This document shows, in pieces, positions 47,163 through 56,694 of a stretch of 64,000 nucleotides of DNA. Under the pieces are notes generated by a model. The model searched no databases and had not been told where the DNA came from. It saw only the letters and a program-made list of their open reading frames with translations. Both the position numbers and the translations under genes were made by a program. The stretch lies in the sequence record PP968062.1; one strand, given 5' to 3'. The stretch's first letter is position 1, and every line of letters starts with the position of its first letter.

Positions 47163-47480
47163 TCAGTTGTTGACGGTAGCCCAGTAGGAAGCAGCCAGGT
47201 CAATCTCCAGAGCGTTCGGAGCAACTTCAACGGAAGTGGATTCACCAGCTTCGTTGACGATGAACTTCGGAGTCAGATGGAAGTCGTTCTGGATACCAGC
47301 CATGGTACCAGCGATAGCACGATCGATGAAGGTAGCTTGTACCTTAACAGCTTCGGCTTCGCGGTCCAGACCTTTCAGCAGATCTTCTTTTAGGTCTTCG
47401 CAATACTTGATTACGGAAGCGCCAGCAGCGGTCAGGTTTTCGTGTTGTTCGATTACGTTTTCTACAGGTTCCATTTTCAT
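47163..47480 (-). CDS. Hypothetical protein
   Basis: AGGA RBS, own terminator. Confidence 0.75.
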   Translation of the reverse strand: MKMEPVENVIEQHENLTAAGASVIKYCEDLKEDLLKGLDREAEAVKVQATFIDRAIAGTMAGIQNDFHLTPKFIVNEAGESTSVEVAPNALEIDLAASYWATVNN

Positions 47481-47535
47481 TTCCTAATTTTGAGAGAGAG
47501 GGTATAACTGCGCACCCGAAGATGCGCAGCTTGTA

Positions 47536-48402
47536 TTACTTACCGAATACGCGATTGCTCAGACCTTGGGTACCCATTGCTTCGTAGGGTACGAAGATAG
47601 CACTACCGGTATTACCCAGATTGGTAGACATCTTCTCTTGTACTTCCAGAGCACGATAGGCCAGCAGCTTATCACTGATACCGGCAGCGACGATCTGGTT
47701 CTGGTCACGCAGAGTACGAGCTTTGGTCAGTTCAACTTCACGATCAGCTTCAGCCAGTTTCAGAGCGTTAGTGCGCTTGGTCATTTCAATGGCTTGCTGG
47801 TTGTTCTCGGTCTGAATAGCCAGTTCACGTTCAGCTTGTTTCTCGATAGCGTCGGTGATCACCTTCGGATATTCCAGTGCACCCAGGGTGACGTTGGAAA
47901 CTTCCAGAGGCGAATTCTTCATGGCGTCTTGCAGACGGGTCAGTAGATCAGCAGAGATCTTGTCGAAGTTGGCAGGGACTTCTTCAACTTTGTACTTGTT
48001 CAGTACGGAACGTGCAGTAGAACTTACAACGTCACGACCATAGATACCGTAGACCTGGTCCAGCGATACCATGTTGTCCACGACGGTGATCGAGTTGAAC
48101 ATGGCGTTGATGACTTGCTCGTTACCAGCAACGCGAGTACGGAAGCTCACGGTGAAGGTCAGGTCGAGTTTGTCAGCCATCTTCACGGTCAGACGTTCGT
48201 TCTTGGTCTGTACAGAACCGTCCAGCAGGATCAGCTGGTCACGACCGTAGACAGTCAGCTTACCGGGTTCGAGAACTTCCGGAGAGTAACCGTTAACAGT
48301 CAGCAGCTTACCTTTGTGCGCTGGAGGAATTACCTCAAACGAACAGCCGGTTACAGCCAGGGCGATCAGCAGAGCGAAGACGAGTTGGAAGTACTTTTTC
48401 AT
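47536..48402 (-). CDS. SPFH/band-7 (prohibitin-like) lipoprotein
   Basis: Lipobox AVTGC; VIPPAHKG...LEPG; coiled-coil region. Confidence 0.88.
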   Translation of the reverse strand: MKKYFQLVFALLIALAVTGCSFEVIPPAHKGKLLTVNGYSPEVLEPGKLTVYGRDQLILLDGSVQTKNERLTVKMADKLDLTFTVSFRTRVAGNEQVINAMFNSITVVDNMVSLDQVYGIYGRDVVSSTARSVLNKYKVEEVPANFDKISADLLTRLQDAMKNSPLEVSNVTLGALEYPKVITDAIEKQAERELAIQTENNQQAIEMTKRTNALKLAEADREVELTKARTLRDQNQIVAAGISDKLLAYRALEVQEKMSTNLGNTGSAIFVPYEAMGTQGLSNRVFGK

Positions 48403-48749
48403 TGCGCGTTTTCCTGTTTGGATTTCTTGAGTTGTTCGTCGAAGGCGGATTGTGCACTCGACACATTATCCTGAGCCTTGGTAACTTTTTCCGGAATGGT
48501 CGACTGATCCACTACAGGAGCATCGAACCGAGTTACCAGAGCTTGTTTCACCGGAGTGGTGATCTGGAGCAGGGAGGATTGGAAGACGCCTACAATCGCC
48601 AGAGCGATCAGGAAGCGCTTACCACCACCCAGTTGTTTTACCCATTCTTTCTTGGAGAACAGAACGAAGCCTGCCGCAAGAACAGAGATCAGAGTCAGGA
48701 TAGCGTACAGAAACGGCGAACCGATAATAGCGATGTTCAGGTTGTGCAT
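48399..48749 (-). CDS. Two-TM membrane protein coupled to SPFH gene
   Basis: Two hydrophobic segments, ATGA overlap. Confidence 0.75.
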   Translation of the reverse strand: MHNLNIAIIGSPFLYAILTLISVLAAGFVLFSKKEWVKQLGGGKRFLIALAIVGVFQSSLLQITTPVKQALVTRFDAPVVDQSTIPEKVTKAQDNVSSAQSAFDEQLKKSKQENAQ

Positions 48750-48756
48750 GATTACC

Positions 48757-49101
48757 TCAGTTGTTGATATGGTCGAAGTATTGATCGGCTAAGTTCTTTC
48801 TTTCGTCAGAGAGAAGACTTACACCCACGGAGCGATCACTTGCGGATCGGCTTCTTTTCAGCTTCGAATCGTAGTTACGCGAGCAACGATAGTTACCGGT
48901 ACTCAGGAACCGAAGGGCCAGAAGGATACCTTCCGTAATTCCTTCATCGAACGCGTCTTGTTGCGCAGCGTCTTGGTAACGGAGCACGTTTTCACGGCTG
49001 AACGTCTCATGAGTATCTGCAAGCTCTTCGAGGAATAGACCATTTGCTCTTAACCACTCTTTATTTGGTGTTAAAGGTTTTTGCGTTTTCTCGGCACTCA
49101 C
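48757..49101 (-). CDS. Hypothetical protein
   Basis: Operon packing. Confidence 0.7.
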   Translation of the reverse strand: MSAEKTQKPLTPNKEWLRANGLFLEELADTHETFSRENVLRYQDAAQQDAFDEGITEGILLALRFLSTGNYRCSRNYDSKLKRSRSASDRSVGVSLLSDERKNLADQYFDHINN

Positions 49102-49351
49102 GAATAGCCTCCGGAGTTAATTGTAGACGACCGTTCTGAGTTACCTGATTGACACAGTCTTCGTAGTGTTTGACCATAGCCAAACTAGCAGCCGCTTCAC
49201 GATCGAGCCTTGCTTGTTTATCGCTATTGCCCTGGATGATACCACCAATGATCCCCATGATCGCAAGAAGGATCATCGCTTCGATAATGGTGATCTCTGG
49301 CAACCAGCCCCAGATACGAAAACGTTTCCTTCTTTTGGTAGCGAGGTTCAT
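49061..49351 (-). CDS. Type IV pilin-like membrane protein
   Basis: ITIIEAMILLAIMGIIGGII resembles the pilin consensus FTLIELMIVVAIIGILAAI. Confidence 0.6.
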   Translation of the reverse strand: MNLATKRRKRFRIWGWLPEITIIEAMILLAIMGIIGGIIQGNSDKQARLDREAAASLAMVKHYEDCVNQVTQNGRLQLTPEAIRECRENAKTFNTK

Positions 49352-49686
49352 TAGGTGTTTACCCCTGCGAATAGATCGACCGTGAGATCAGGATACCAAG
49401 GCGTGCTAGTCAGCTGGATCTTACCTTCGCTGTCATACACGTCCGCACCGGTTATCATGATCTGCCCATGAGTCTGGATGGCGTCGATTGCCTCTTTTGC
49501 GGAGAGTCTAGCAGTACGCATAAACAGGTCAGCCATATCGCGACCCTCGCCATTATAGTAGAGATCCTTGAATCCCTCATTAATGACGCTATCTACACGA
49601 TCACGAATTTCTTCCTGTAAGAGTTTAGTCTTGTTAGTTTGAAACTCGTTGGTGTAATACGGGTATTCTACTTCCGCTTCTTCCAT
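49351..49686 (-). CDS. Hypothetical protein
   Basis: TAATG coupling. Confidence 0.72.
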   Translation of the reverse strand: MEEAEVEYPYYTNEFQTNKTKLLQEEIRDRVDSVINEGFKDLYYNGEGRDMADLFMRTARLSAKEAIDAIQTHGQIMITGADVYDSEGKIQLTSTPWYPDLTVDLFAGVNT

Positions 49687-49883
49687 ACGTTCACCTCAGT
49701 GATCGAACTACGTTTCATCCGATGTCTCAATGACGACGATGCTTTCTCTGTTGCCTCTGTCCAACCACCGCCATAGACGGTGTGGAATGCATTGATCTGT
49801 GTGTGCAGGTCATGGGTAGCCATAACCTTACCAAGTCCACGAGACTCGTAGTACTCGATCAAAGCGTTTGCTGGATCACTCAT
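49668..49883 (-). CDS. Hypothetical protein
   Basis: GGGTAAACTC ATG start. Confidence 0.68.
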   Translation of the reverse strand: MSDPANALIEYYESRGLGKVMATHDLHTQINAFHTVYGGGWTEATEKASSSLRHRMKRSSITEVNVWKKRK

Positions 49884-49908
49884 GAGTTTACCCTGTCGTA
49901 GTGTCTAG

Positions 49909-50148
49909 TCACGAGTTGACGTCTTCATACCAGGACCTAGTCAGCTCCTGTTTAAGTTCAACGACAGCACCCATACCGCCAGTCAGGACCGCTGTTTCGA
50001 CGGCCAAGGCGACAGCGGATAGAGCATGATCGACGGCGTTTTCTATGGTTTCTTCACGTTTGGCATCGACACGAATGGCATTGATACCGATAAGTAACTG
50101 GGTGCGAGCTTTGATGTTAGCTTCGACGATTTCGGTTTGTTCCGACAT
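49909..50148 (-). CDS. Hypothetical protein
   Basis: RBS, helical. Confidence 0.68.
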   Translation of the reverse strand: MSEQTEIVEANIKARTQLLIGINAIRVDAKREETIENAVDHALSAVALAVETAVLTGGMGAVVELKQELTRSWYEDVNS

Positions 50149-50239
50149 TTCTAATATTTCCTATTTAGAGAAGTTTACACCTATCAGAGCTAAGCTGGTG
50201 ATGAAGTTACGGATCATGTTTCGTTGAAAATAGGGTGAT

Positions 50240-50581
50240 TCACGAGTTTACTCTATCGTAGTGATACGAATAGATAGAACTCGCAACATGACTAGCAGAA
50301 CCTGCATTTAAAGAATGGTTCTCAACCATCTTCACCGCACTCTGTGTGATGTCACCGACTTTGTAAGCAAACTCAGTCAGCCACTCTCGCACAGACCCTT
50401 CAGCTATACCAGTCTTGTCGACTACGTCAACTGTTGCTTTATCCAGAAGATCGTCCAACATGGCAACACCGACATTGATGATTGCTTTCTCAAGGTCGAT
50501 AACCACGGCAGAAAACTCCCCACTCACTCGGAGCAGGGAGTCGAGGTCAGGATCGTTCCAATCTAACGAAGGTTCCTTCAT
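50240..50581 (-). CDS. Hypothetical protein
   Basis: TAATG coupling. Confidence 0.72.
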   Translation of the reverse strand: MKEPSLDWNDPDLDSLLRVSGEFSAVVIDLEKAIINVGVAMLDDLLDKATVDVVDKTGIAEGSVREWLTEFAYKVGDITQSAVKMVENHSLNAGSASHVASSIYSYHYDRVNS

Positions 50582-50871
50582 TAGGTATTCACGGATTCGA
50601 AGTAAGTCTCGGACAGGCCAGACACACAGGTCAGGTTAACGCCGGGATCTTCCTCGTGGTCGGTGGAACCAGAGATGATGTCTTCGTAGTGATTCTCTAC
50701 CGCATCGAGAACGCCACCGACGGTATAGTCAATAGCAGCAGTAGCTGCACCAACCAGAACATCGTGACCATCATTGGTGTCATCTTTCGACAACTCCTTG
50801 ATTTTGTTCTTGAACAGCTCGATAGCTTCGTTACGTACTTCTACAGCAGCGCCAATCAGTTGAGTAGCCAT
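50581..50871 (-). CDS. Hypothetical protein
   Basis: TAATG coupling. Confidence 0.72.
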   Translation of the reverse strand: MATQLIGAAVEVRNEAIELFKNKIKELSKDDTNDGHDVLVGAATAAIDYTVGGVLDAVENHYEDIISGSTDHEEDPGVNLTCVSGLSETYFESVNT

Positions 50872-51371
50872 TAAGCTTCTCCTACAAGTTGTTTGGTTTT
50901 GAGACGCAGTTTGTGTTGCCGGTATTTCAGGATGGAGGATGCCTTGACCTTGCCTTCAATGATCCGCTTGGTTTCTTCGGTGGTAAAGTCAGCATCGATC
51001 TGATAGATGAAATGTTTCTCGTAGAAATGTTGGAATCCATTGAAACCATAATAACCACGAAGCAACTTCCCACCAGTCAGCCGACGCAGTTCCTTGATCA
51101 TTCCAGAACCAATGCCTTTCTTGCGTTGATCTGGCTTAACGTAGAACATGCAGATGTTCTGGCGACACACTTTGTACAAGATGTAACCAACCATCTCTCC
51201 GTTCGTATCATCAATCGCCATCACCACACGGTAACGACTCACGGTACCATTTTTCAGAATGGACTTGACGTAACGACAGAGCGAACCGGAATGTTCATAA
51301 AGTTTATTCTCAACTATCAAACGTAGAGTCATCCTCACGAGGACGGGTGTTTCGATGATACTGTAGTTCAT
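50871..51371 (-). CDS. GNAT acetyltransferase
   Basis: MVGYILY...MFYVKPDQRKKGIGSGMI...FQHFYEKH. Confidence 0.88.
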   Translation of the reverse strand: MNYSIIETPVLVRMTLRLIVENKLYEHSGSLCRYVKSILKNGTVSRYRVVMAIDDTNGEMVGYILYKVCRQNICMFYVKPDQRKKGIGSGMIKELRRLTGGKLLRGYYGFNGFQHFYEKHFIYQIDADFTTEETKRIIEGKVKASSILKYRQHKLRLKTKQLVGEA

Positions 51372-51739
51372 CAGCTGTTTACCAACTTGAAGTAATCGAC
51401 AACACCTTCCGAGATATCGATCGCTTCGACATCTTCAGCGGCGAAAGGAATCCAGTTACCACCCGCTTCTACTGCCTCAGCTTTCTCTTCCTCACCTACC
51501 TTTGGGGAAAGAGTAAAACCCGGACAGTCCGGATGACCACCTTCAATGATACCCAGAACACCAGAGATGATTTCATCTGCCAGCGCTGCATTCGGGTTAA
51601 CGTAGGCTTCGAACTTACCCTGCTCAGCTTCAGAGAGGATTTCATCACGTTTACCTTTTACCGCACCAACAAAGAGATCACGTACTTCACTGAAAGTGGC
51701 AGCACGTGGTTCACCGTTACCTTCGAAATATACTGTCAT
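51371..51739 (-). CDS. Conserved phage protein
   Basis: TGATG coupling; GGHPDCPGFTLSP. Confidence 0.75.
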   Translation of the reverse strand: MTVYFEGNGEPRAATFSEVRDLFVGAVKGKRDEILSEAEQGKFEAYVNPNAALADEIISGVLGIIEGGHPDCPGFTLSPKVGEEEKAEAVEAGGNWIPFAAEDVEAIDISEGVVDYFKLVNS

Positions 51740-52158
51740 GGCAGTTCAACCGCTATAGTTAGATCTTCTTTGAATTGCTCGAACTCCTCATCGGTTAACT
51801 GACGAGAAGAGGTCATGCAACGACCGGGATATTGATACCAGGTAATACAGACATCTTTCCAGATCAATGCAACTTCATCCAACCCTGGAAGGCGGAATGT
51901 CTCAAGTACGTCAGTCTTCAGGGTGGGTCCACCAGGATACGGGTTCAGTCGTTCGTGATCAACTTTACTGATCTCTTTGAGAAGATCATAGAGAGGACCA
52001 TTGGAGACAATAACCCAATTGGAGGCCAGGGCAATATCCTCTTCAGGAATGCTTGCCCAGTGCTCGCGCTCGCAGTCGTCCATATCCTCATCAAGCGGTT
52101 TCCCACCGATCAAGGAATAGGCATGTTGTGCAACTTCAACCAGCCTCATGTTTTTCAT
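51736..52158 (-). CDS. Conserved phage protein
   Basis: VCITWYQYPGRCMTSSR motif. Confidence 0.72.
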   Translation of the reverse strand: MKNMRLVEVAQHAYSLIGGKPLDEDMDDCEREHWASIPEEDIALASNWVIVSNGPLYDLLKEISKVDHERLNPYPGGPTLKTDVLETFRLPGLDEVALIWKDVCITWYQYPGRCMTSSRQLTDEEFEQFKEDLTIAVELP

Positions 52159-52499
52159 AGCTTGATCCTGATTTTGGTTATACCACAGCTGTGTTCACCA
52201 AACTCGACTTTCTTCCAACCGGAAGCTTTCAGGCGAGCAAGGACTTCTTTCTTAACGGCAGGTGCAATCTCGTCTTTATGTTCAACGACGATTTCATAGT
52301 TCTTGACGTAATGGAAGTTGTTGTAACCCGGTAGGTTCTCAAGCATCTTGGTGCGGATGCTGACACAGACTTCATCAGCTTGTCGGACAATCAACATTTC
52401 GATGATTTCAGCACGAGTCGGAATCGTGGTATTGCCAACTTCTTTCTGGAGAGTCAAGATCGCATTCGCCAGTTGTTCCTTAGATATACCGAGAGTCAT
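52155..52499 (-). CDS. Hypothetical protein
   Basis: ATGA overlap; similar layout to 52496-52951. Confidence 0.72.
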   Translation of the reverse strand: MTLGISKEQLANAILTLQKEVGNTTIPTRAEIIEMLIVRQADEVCVSIRTKMLENLPGYNNFHYVKNYEIVVEHKDEIAPAVKKEVLARLKASGWKKVEFGEHSCGITKIRIKL

Positions 52500-52951
52500 C
52501 GTACAAGTTCTCCAACAGTCAAGAAGACTTTAATGAGAGTTTCAGTTTCGGTTGCATCGTGGGGATTCTGGACATCGAGTACCTCCACGAAATAACCATG
52601 TTTACCGATAGCTTCTTTTACAGAGTTCTTCAGGTCTTTCGGAAGGATATGCATGACCTGTACTTCGAACCAGGCTGCTCCTTCTTTGTTGTACTTGATG
52701 TTTTCGTAGTTACCACCGTAGCTATCCAGTTCCATTTCCTGACGCAGATCCCGAAGAATCTGAGTGGTCATGTATTGGACATAGTGACGATAGAAGCTAT
52801 CATGTTGTTCGATTAAAACAGTTTTGTCCCGAGTGAAACGAAGTACTTCCCGTTCGTTCAGGGGGATGATCCCACCGTTACTCACCGAAGCGCACTTGCT
52901 TGAGGAGAGCCAGGGTAGCCACTTCCAGTAGTTCGTCATCTTCAACCTCAA
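52496..52951 (-). CDS. Hypothetical protein
   Basis: Start uncertain. Confidence 0.68.
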   Translation of the reverse strand: MRLKMTNYWKWLPWLSSSKCASVSNGGIIPLNEREVLRFTRDKTVLIEQHDSFYRHYVQYMTTQILRDLRQEMELDSYGGNYENIKYNKEGAAWFEVQVMHILPKDLKNSVKEAIGKHGYFVEVLDVQNPHDATETETLIKVFLTVGELVR

Positions 52952-53559
52952 TATCTCTCAGTAGCATCATTCCGTCCCATTCGAAGCAACGGTCTTTAAG
53001 GGCAGCGTTAACGCTACTCGGAATCATCAGGTAGACATCGTACTCTTCGCCATCATCATCCAGTTGTCCCAAGCTATGCATCGTGACATCACCCATTTTA
53101 GGGATTGGAGTCATTCGATGAACACCAGGGGTATTGGTGACTTTGATGAAGGTCTTGATGTCCTGAGTGAACTCCATTGATTCACTAATAGCCTTATCCA
53201 AGAAGGTCTCATCCGTCAGATTGACCAGACTGAAACGACCTTGCGGGATATAACGCGTACAGTTGGAATTGCAATACGTCTGGACGATAGGAGTAACAGC
53301 TAGTTCCCATCCAGTTTCATTCTCTGGGCTTGGCATCCAAGACCCATGAATGATTGCGATCTTGTTACCCAATGATACCACCTCGGATAGGCTCTTGATC
53401 TTGGAAGGAAATCCGTACAGTGGGAAGCAGTTCGCCAGCACGTTCTTCCCAACCAATCTCAAGACTGCGAATACGCTTTGCGATATCGGGATTGGAAGCG
53501 AGAATAGACTTGCCGCCGTTTACGAGAACTTGAAGACGGTCACCGGAACGACTGGACAT
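52878..53559 (-). CDS. Hypothetical protein, probably one gene split by a 1-bp insertion at 53368-53370
   Basis: ORF 53365-53559 (...GGIIG) joins ORF 52878-53462 (NKIAIIHG...) if one G is removed. Confidence 0.55.
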
Positions 53560-53716
53560 TTGCAGCTACCTCTTGACAGGAGAGTGGATATTTAATGCAT
53601 TGCTCAGCTTGCCGTTCAGCATGCTTCTTACTGTAGATACAGCCAATGATCATCAATGCAATTACTGAAATGATCATCAGCCAAATTGATTGTTTCCTCT
53701 TATGCGTCATTTGCAT
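53540..53716 (-). CDS. Small single-TM protein
   Basis: First gene after promoter at 53741; TM then Cys pair. Confidence 0.68.
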   Translation of the reverse strand: MQMTHKRKQSIWLMIISVIALMIIGCIYSKKHAERQAEQCIKYPLSCQEVAANVQSFR

Positions 53717-53740
53717 GTTCCTTGTGAATTTAGCTAATAC

Positions 53741-53765
53741 GTAATATAGATTTGAAAAAAATTTT
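53741..53765 (-). promoter_or_regulatory. Early promoter (second subtype)
   Basis: GTAATATAGATTTGAAAAAAATTTT, near-identical to 63636. Confidence 0.78.
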
Positions 53766-53804
53766 AGTGTACAAAGCCCTCTCCCGAAGGAGAGGGCATA
53801 TGTC

Positions 53805-54254
53805 TTATTTCTTTTCTGCCGGGTTGGGTACAGTAAACGGTTTAGGATCAAAACTCTTACTCATCCTGCAAGCAGAGAAAAGCCTTTCTGCGGCACGATC
53901 GGTAGCGGTCATCCCATTAAAGCCGTTATGGCCAAACTGTTTCCTATACCGCGTGATATCGACATGGAAGTTAACGATCTTGTCTTTGATATACCACAGC
54001 GCAGTAAGATTCGCAGTGATTTCGTACTCCATGGTTTTTGGCATATCTTTTGCTTTGTTCCATAGAGTCCAGTATGCCTTCTGAACGGCAATAGAAGCCT
54101 GATCGGAATTGGCGTTTTTCTCTTCGATCTGATTACCTACAACAATACTGGTTTGATATACCAGCGCGCAAACGTCATCGTTCAACGCGAGGTAATTATT
54201 CGCATTAACAGCGAAAGAGAAAAACATAAGAACGAAAGCAGCTACGTATTTCAT
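53805..54254 (-). CDS. Secreted protein
   Basis: Signal peptide ...FAVNA; two Cys. Confidence 0.75.
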   Translation of the reverse strand: MKYVAAFVLMFFSFAVNANNYLALNDDVCALVYQTSIVVGNQIEEKNANSDQASIAVQKAYWTLWNKAKDMPKTMEYEITANLTALWYIKDKIVNFHVDITRYRKQFGHNGFNGMTATDRAAERLFSACRMSKSFDPKPFTVPNPAEKK

Positions 54255-54268
54255 GGGATCTCCTTAAT

Positions 54269-54724
54269 TTAGAGGGCGCGCCCATTGATGGGACGAAGAT
54301 ATTCAAATTTGGTACCGATGGCTTTCTTACAATCGAGGTAAGTGGCACCACCGATAAAATCAGGATACTGACTGAGATTACCTTTTAGGTTAAGCCAATT
54401 AAGGCGGTAGGTTTTACTATAAAGGTTATTATGCAGGGTTGGTGAATAAACTGCAATGTAGTGGAATATTGCCCAACTAGTCGGATCTTTTGTTTCGTTG
54501 TTCAAAAGAACGGTAACGACCTGCTGTGAGAGATCACGAGCACTTACATTGCTTTCCATGTTGTCAATAGCGAGAGCAGTTGCGAAGATCTCAACTTTTT
54601 CACAAAGCTCTACATCGACCACACGGGTATCCCGCATGAAACCTTTGGGTGGTGGTGCAGCATTGGCTACACTCAACACCGCCAGCATTACAAAACCTAC
54701 AATAAGACGAGCGAACATATTCAT
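54269..54724 (-). CDS. Secreted protein
   Basis: Signal peptide ...SVANA; two Cys. Confidence 0.75.
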   Translation of the reverse strand: MNMFARLIVGFVMLAVLSVANAAPPPKGFMRDTRVVDVELCEKVEIFATALAIDNMESNVSARDLSQQVVTVLLNNETKDPTSWAIFHYIAVYSPTLHNNLYSKTYRLNWLNLKGNLSQYPDFIGGATYLDCKKAIGTKFEYLRPINGRAL

Positions 54725-55077
54725 TTACTCCCTGCGAATTTGTAACCCACGTTAGCTTCACAACTTTCGATTATTGCCTGGACAATATCTTTATCAGGAT
54801 AACTCTTAGATATATTGCGACGAATGTCCATGACCAGAACTTGAGCATAGACCGCACCTGTACGAATGTCTTCGTTATCGGTGTTACCCATGCGCTTATT
54901 CAGGTAGGACATCGCTTGAAACTGATCTCCCCCGTTCCGAAAAATCTTGATAACATCACGGGACATGGACACAGCGATCTTACAGGATTTCTCGGTGATC
55001 AGTTGGTCTTTCTCTGCGAACGAAGGTTGGCAGCCAGTGAACAGCATGATCAGAAAAGCGAGTACGTAACGTTTCAT
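54721..55077 (-). CDS. Secreted protein or lipoprotein
   Basis: MKRYVLAFLIMLFTGC lipobox-like; two further Cys. Confidence 0.75.
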   Translation of the reverse strand: MKRYVLAFLIMLFTGCQPSFAEKDQLITEKSCKIAVSMSRDVIKIFRNGGDQFQAMSYLNKRMGNTDNEDIRTGAVYAQVLVMDIRRNISKSYPDKDIVQAIIESCEANVGYKFAGSK

Positions 55078-55110
55078 CTTCTTAACCTCTTTGGTGTGTA
55101 TATCAAGTTT

Positions 55111-55140
55111 GTAATATAGCCTTTAAAAGGCTTTAAATGT
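55111..55140 (-). promoter_or_regulatory. Early promoter (TATATTAC)
   Basis: GTAATATAGCCTTTAAAAGGCTTTAAAT. Confidence 0.82.
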
Positions 55141-55185
55141 TAAATTGAAAAGGACATAAAGCCCTCCCCGAAGGGAGGACCTCAT

Positions 55186-55458
55186 TCAGAGAGCGTAAGA
55201 CTCAACGATAGGGCCAACTAGGTAGCCCACCCATATAGCCATTACACACGGCATTGCAAAATCATGCATGTCCATCCAACGCTTGAACCACTTGGGAGAA
55301 CGCTTGAACACCCACTTCCAAATATCTCGCGCTTTGAATTGGATATACACGTAGAACCAGATGGAGACACCGATGAACAGAAATATTGCAGCCTTCTCAT
55401 GGTAAGCCGAGATGTAAGCTGTAATGATGCCAACGATGATCGCTAGGTAGTATTGCAT
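55186..55458 (-). CDS. Multi-pass membrane protein
   Basis: Three hydrophobic segments; TAATG coupled to HD gene. Confidence 0.72.
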   Translation of the reverse strand: MQYYLAIIVGIITAYISAYHEKAAIFLFIGVSIWFYVYIQFKARDIWKWVFKRSPKWFKRWMDMHDFAMPCVMAIWVGYLVGPIVESYAL

Positions 55459-56063
55459 TATACCTCCAGTTTGGCGAGCGCTTCATCCAGGAACATTTTG
55501 AACACATCTCGTACAACCGGATGCGCTTTCGTCATCCGATTATAGAGATCGAGTTTCTCGTTGAGGAACACCGGAGCAAACTTCGGAGAGTCTTCAACAA
55601 TAACGTAGACGTTAGTCAGAGACTCGATCAGTTTACAGGTTTGCGTGATATCGCAGCACGACTCCAGTTGGGTGTGGTAAGTATCAATACGAACTTTGCG
55701 CGGAGCATCGAAGTTCGGTTGAGTCAAACCTTTCACAAGCCTGGTGATATAAGGAGTGAAGTGAACCAATACATCTTCAATGGTCCAACTACTATCCTCA
55801 ACAATGTCATGAAGCCACAAAGCAGCTTGCTCACCGGGTCCCAGGCCGAATACCTTGGCGATGGTAGCGGAGTTGTGTAAGTGGGTCCATACAGGCAAAC
55901 CAGAGCCTTTACGACGCTCTCCTGATCCGATCGTGTAACCTACCCCAATAGCGGCTGCCAACTCTACAGTATGGTGCCCTTTCCATAGCGGAAGCACGTT
56001 CGCTGGAAGGCGAGTATCCAAGATAGCTTTAACTTGCTGATATGCTTCTGCTACTACGTCCAT
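55458..56063 (-). CDS. HD-domain (p)ppGpp hydrolase-like protein (Mesh1/SpoT HD family)
   Basis: RRKGSGLPVWTH, ALWLHDIVEDS, LVKGLT, CKLIESLTN. Confidence 0.85.
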   Translation of the reverse strand: MDVVAEAYQQVKAILDTRLPANVLPLWKGHHTVELAAAIGVGYTIGSGERRKGSGLPVWTHLHNSATIAKVFGLGPGEQAALWLHDIVEDSSWTIEDVLVHFTPYITRLVKGLTQPNFDAPRKVRIDTYHTQLESCCDITQTCKLIESLTNVYVIVEDSPKFAPVFLNEKLDLYNRMTKAHPVVRDVFKMFLDEALAKLEV

Positions 56064-56099
56064 AACTTACTCCAGGGTGAATAAAATTTCGGTTTTCCC

Positions 56100-56579
56100 T
56101 TAATTGGGGAAAAGGATATGCTCATTGGGATCAATAAAGAAACCACAATTGACGAGGATAACATCCATCCAGGTTTTAGTCTGGAGGATACCTACCTCAT
56201 GTGCATCTACTAGATCAATGAGATCCAGTGGATCGAATGAACCGTAATACGTAGGTCCATCTTCCAGCTGGAATTGGTAGAAGCGGAGTCTCGATGTGTC
56301 CTCTTCATCCAACGGATCAAGAGTATCATCTGCATCTTCATCGTCGTCATCCAAACCTAGCATCAGATCTAGTACGTGTTCACGATAAAGGAAACGCTGC
56401 CCACTTTCTACAGTGAACATATGCTTCTTACCTGCAACTGGGATACGGCGTTTGAATTGAGGTTCTGCAATGAAAGCACGATAGCTTTCTTCCAGACCAT
56501 CAGCTCGACCACAGGCCAGCGTTGAGGAACGGATAGCGGTTAACATCACTGCTTCCAAGATTGGATGCATCTCAATCAT
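56100..56579 (-). CDS. Hypothetical acidic protein
   Basis: GGAGG RBS; DDDDEDADD tract. Confidence 0.75.
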   Translation of the reverse strand: MIEMHPILEAVMLTAIRSSTLACGRADGLEESYRAFIAEPQFKRRIPVAGKKHMFTVESGQRFLYREHVLDLMLGLDDDDEDADDTLDPLDEEDTSRLRFYQFQLEDGPTYYGSFDPLDLIDLVDAHEVGILQTKTWMDVILVNCGFFIDPNEHILFPN

Positions 56580-56694
56580 TGCTGCCTCCTATTGACAGGT
56601 TGATGATCACTTACATGATGTAGATCTAAGATAATTTTTAACAAAAAGAAAAACGATAAAAGTCCCTCTCCCGAAGGAGAGGGCTTTATATCAC

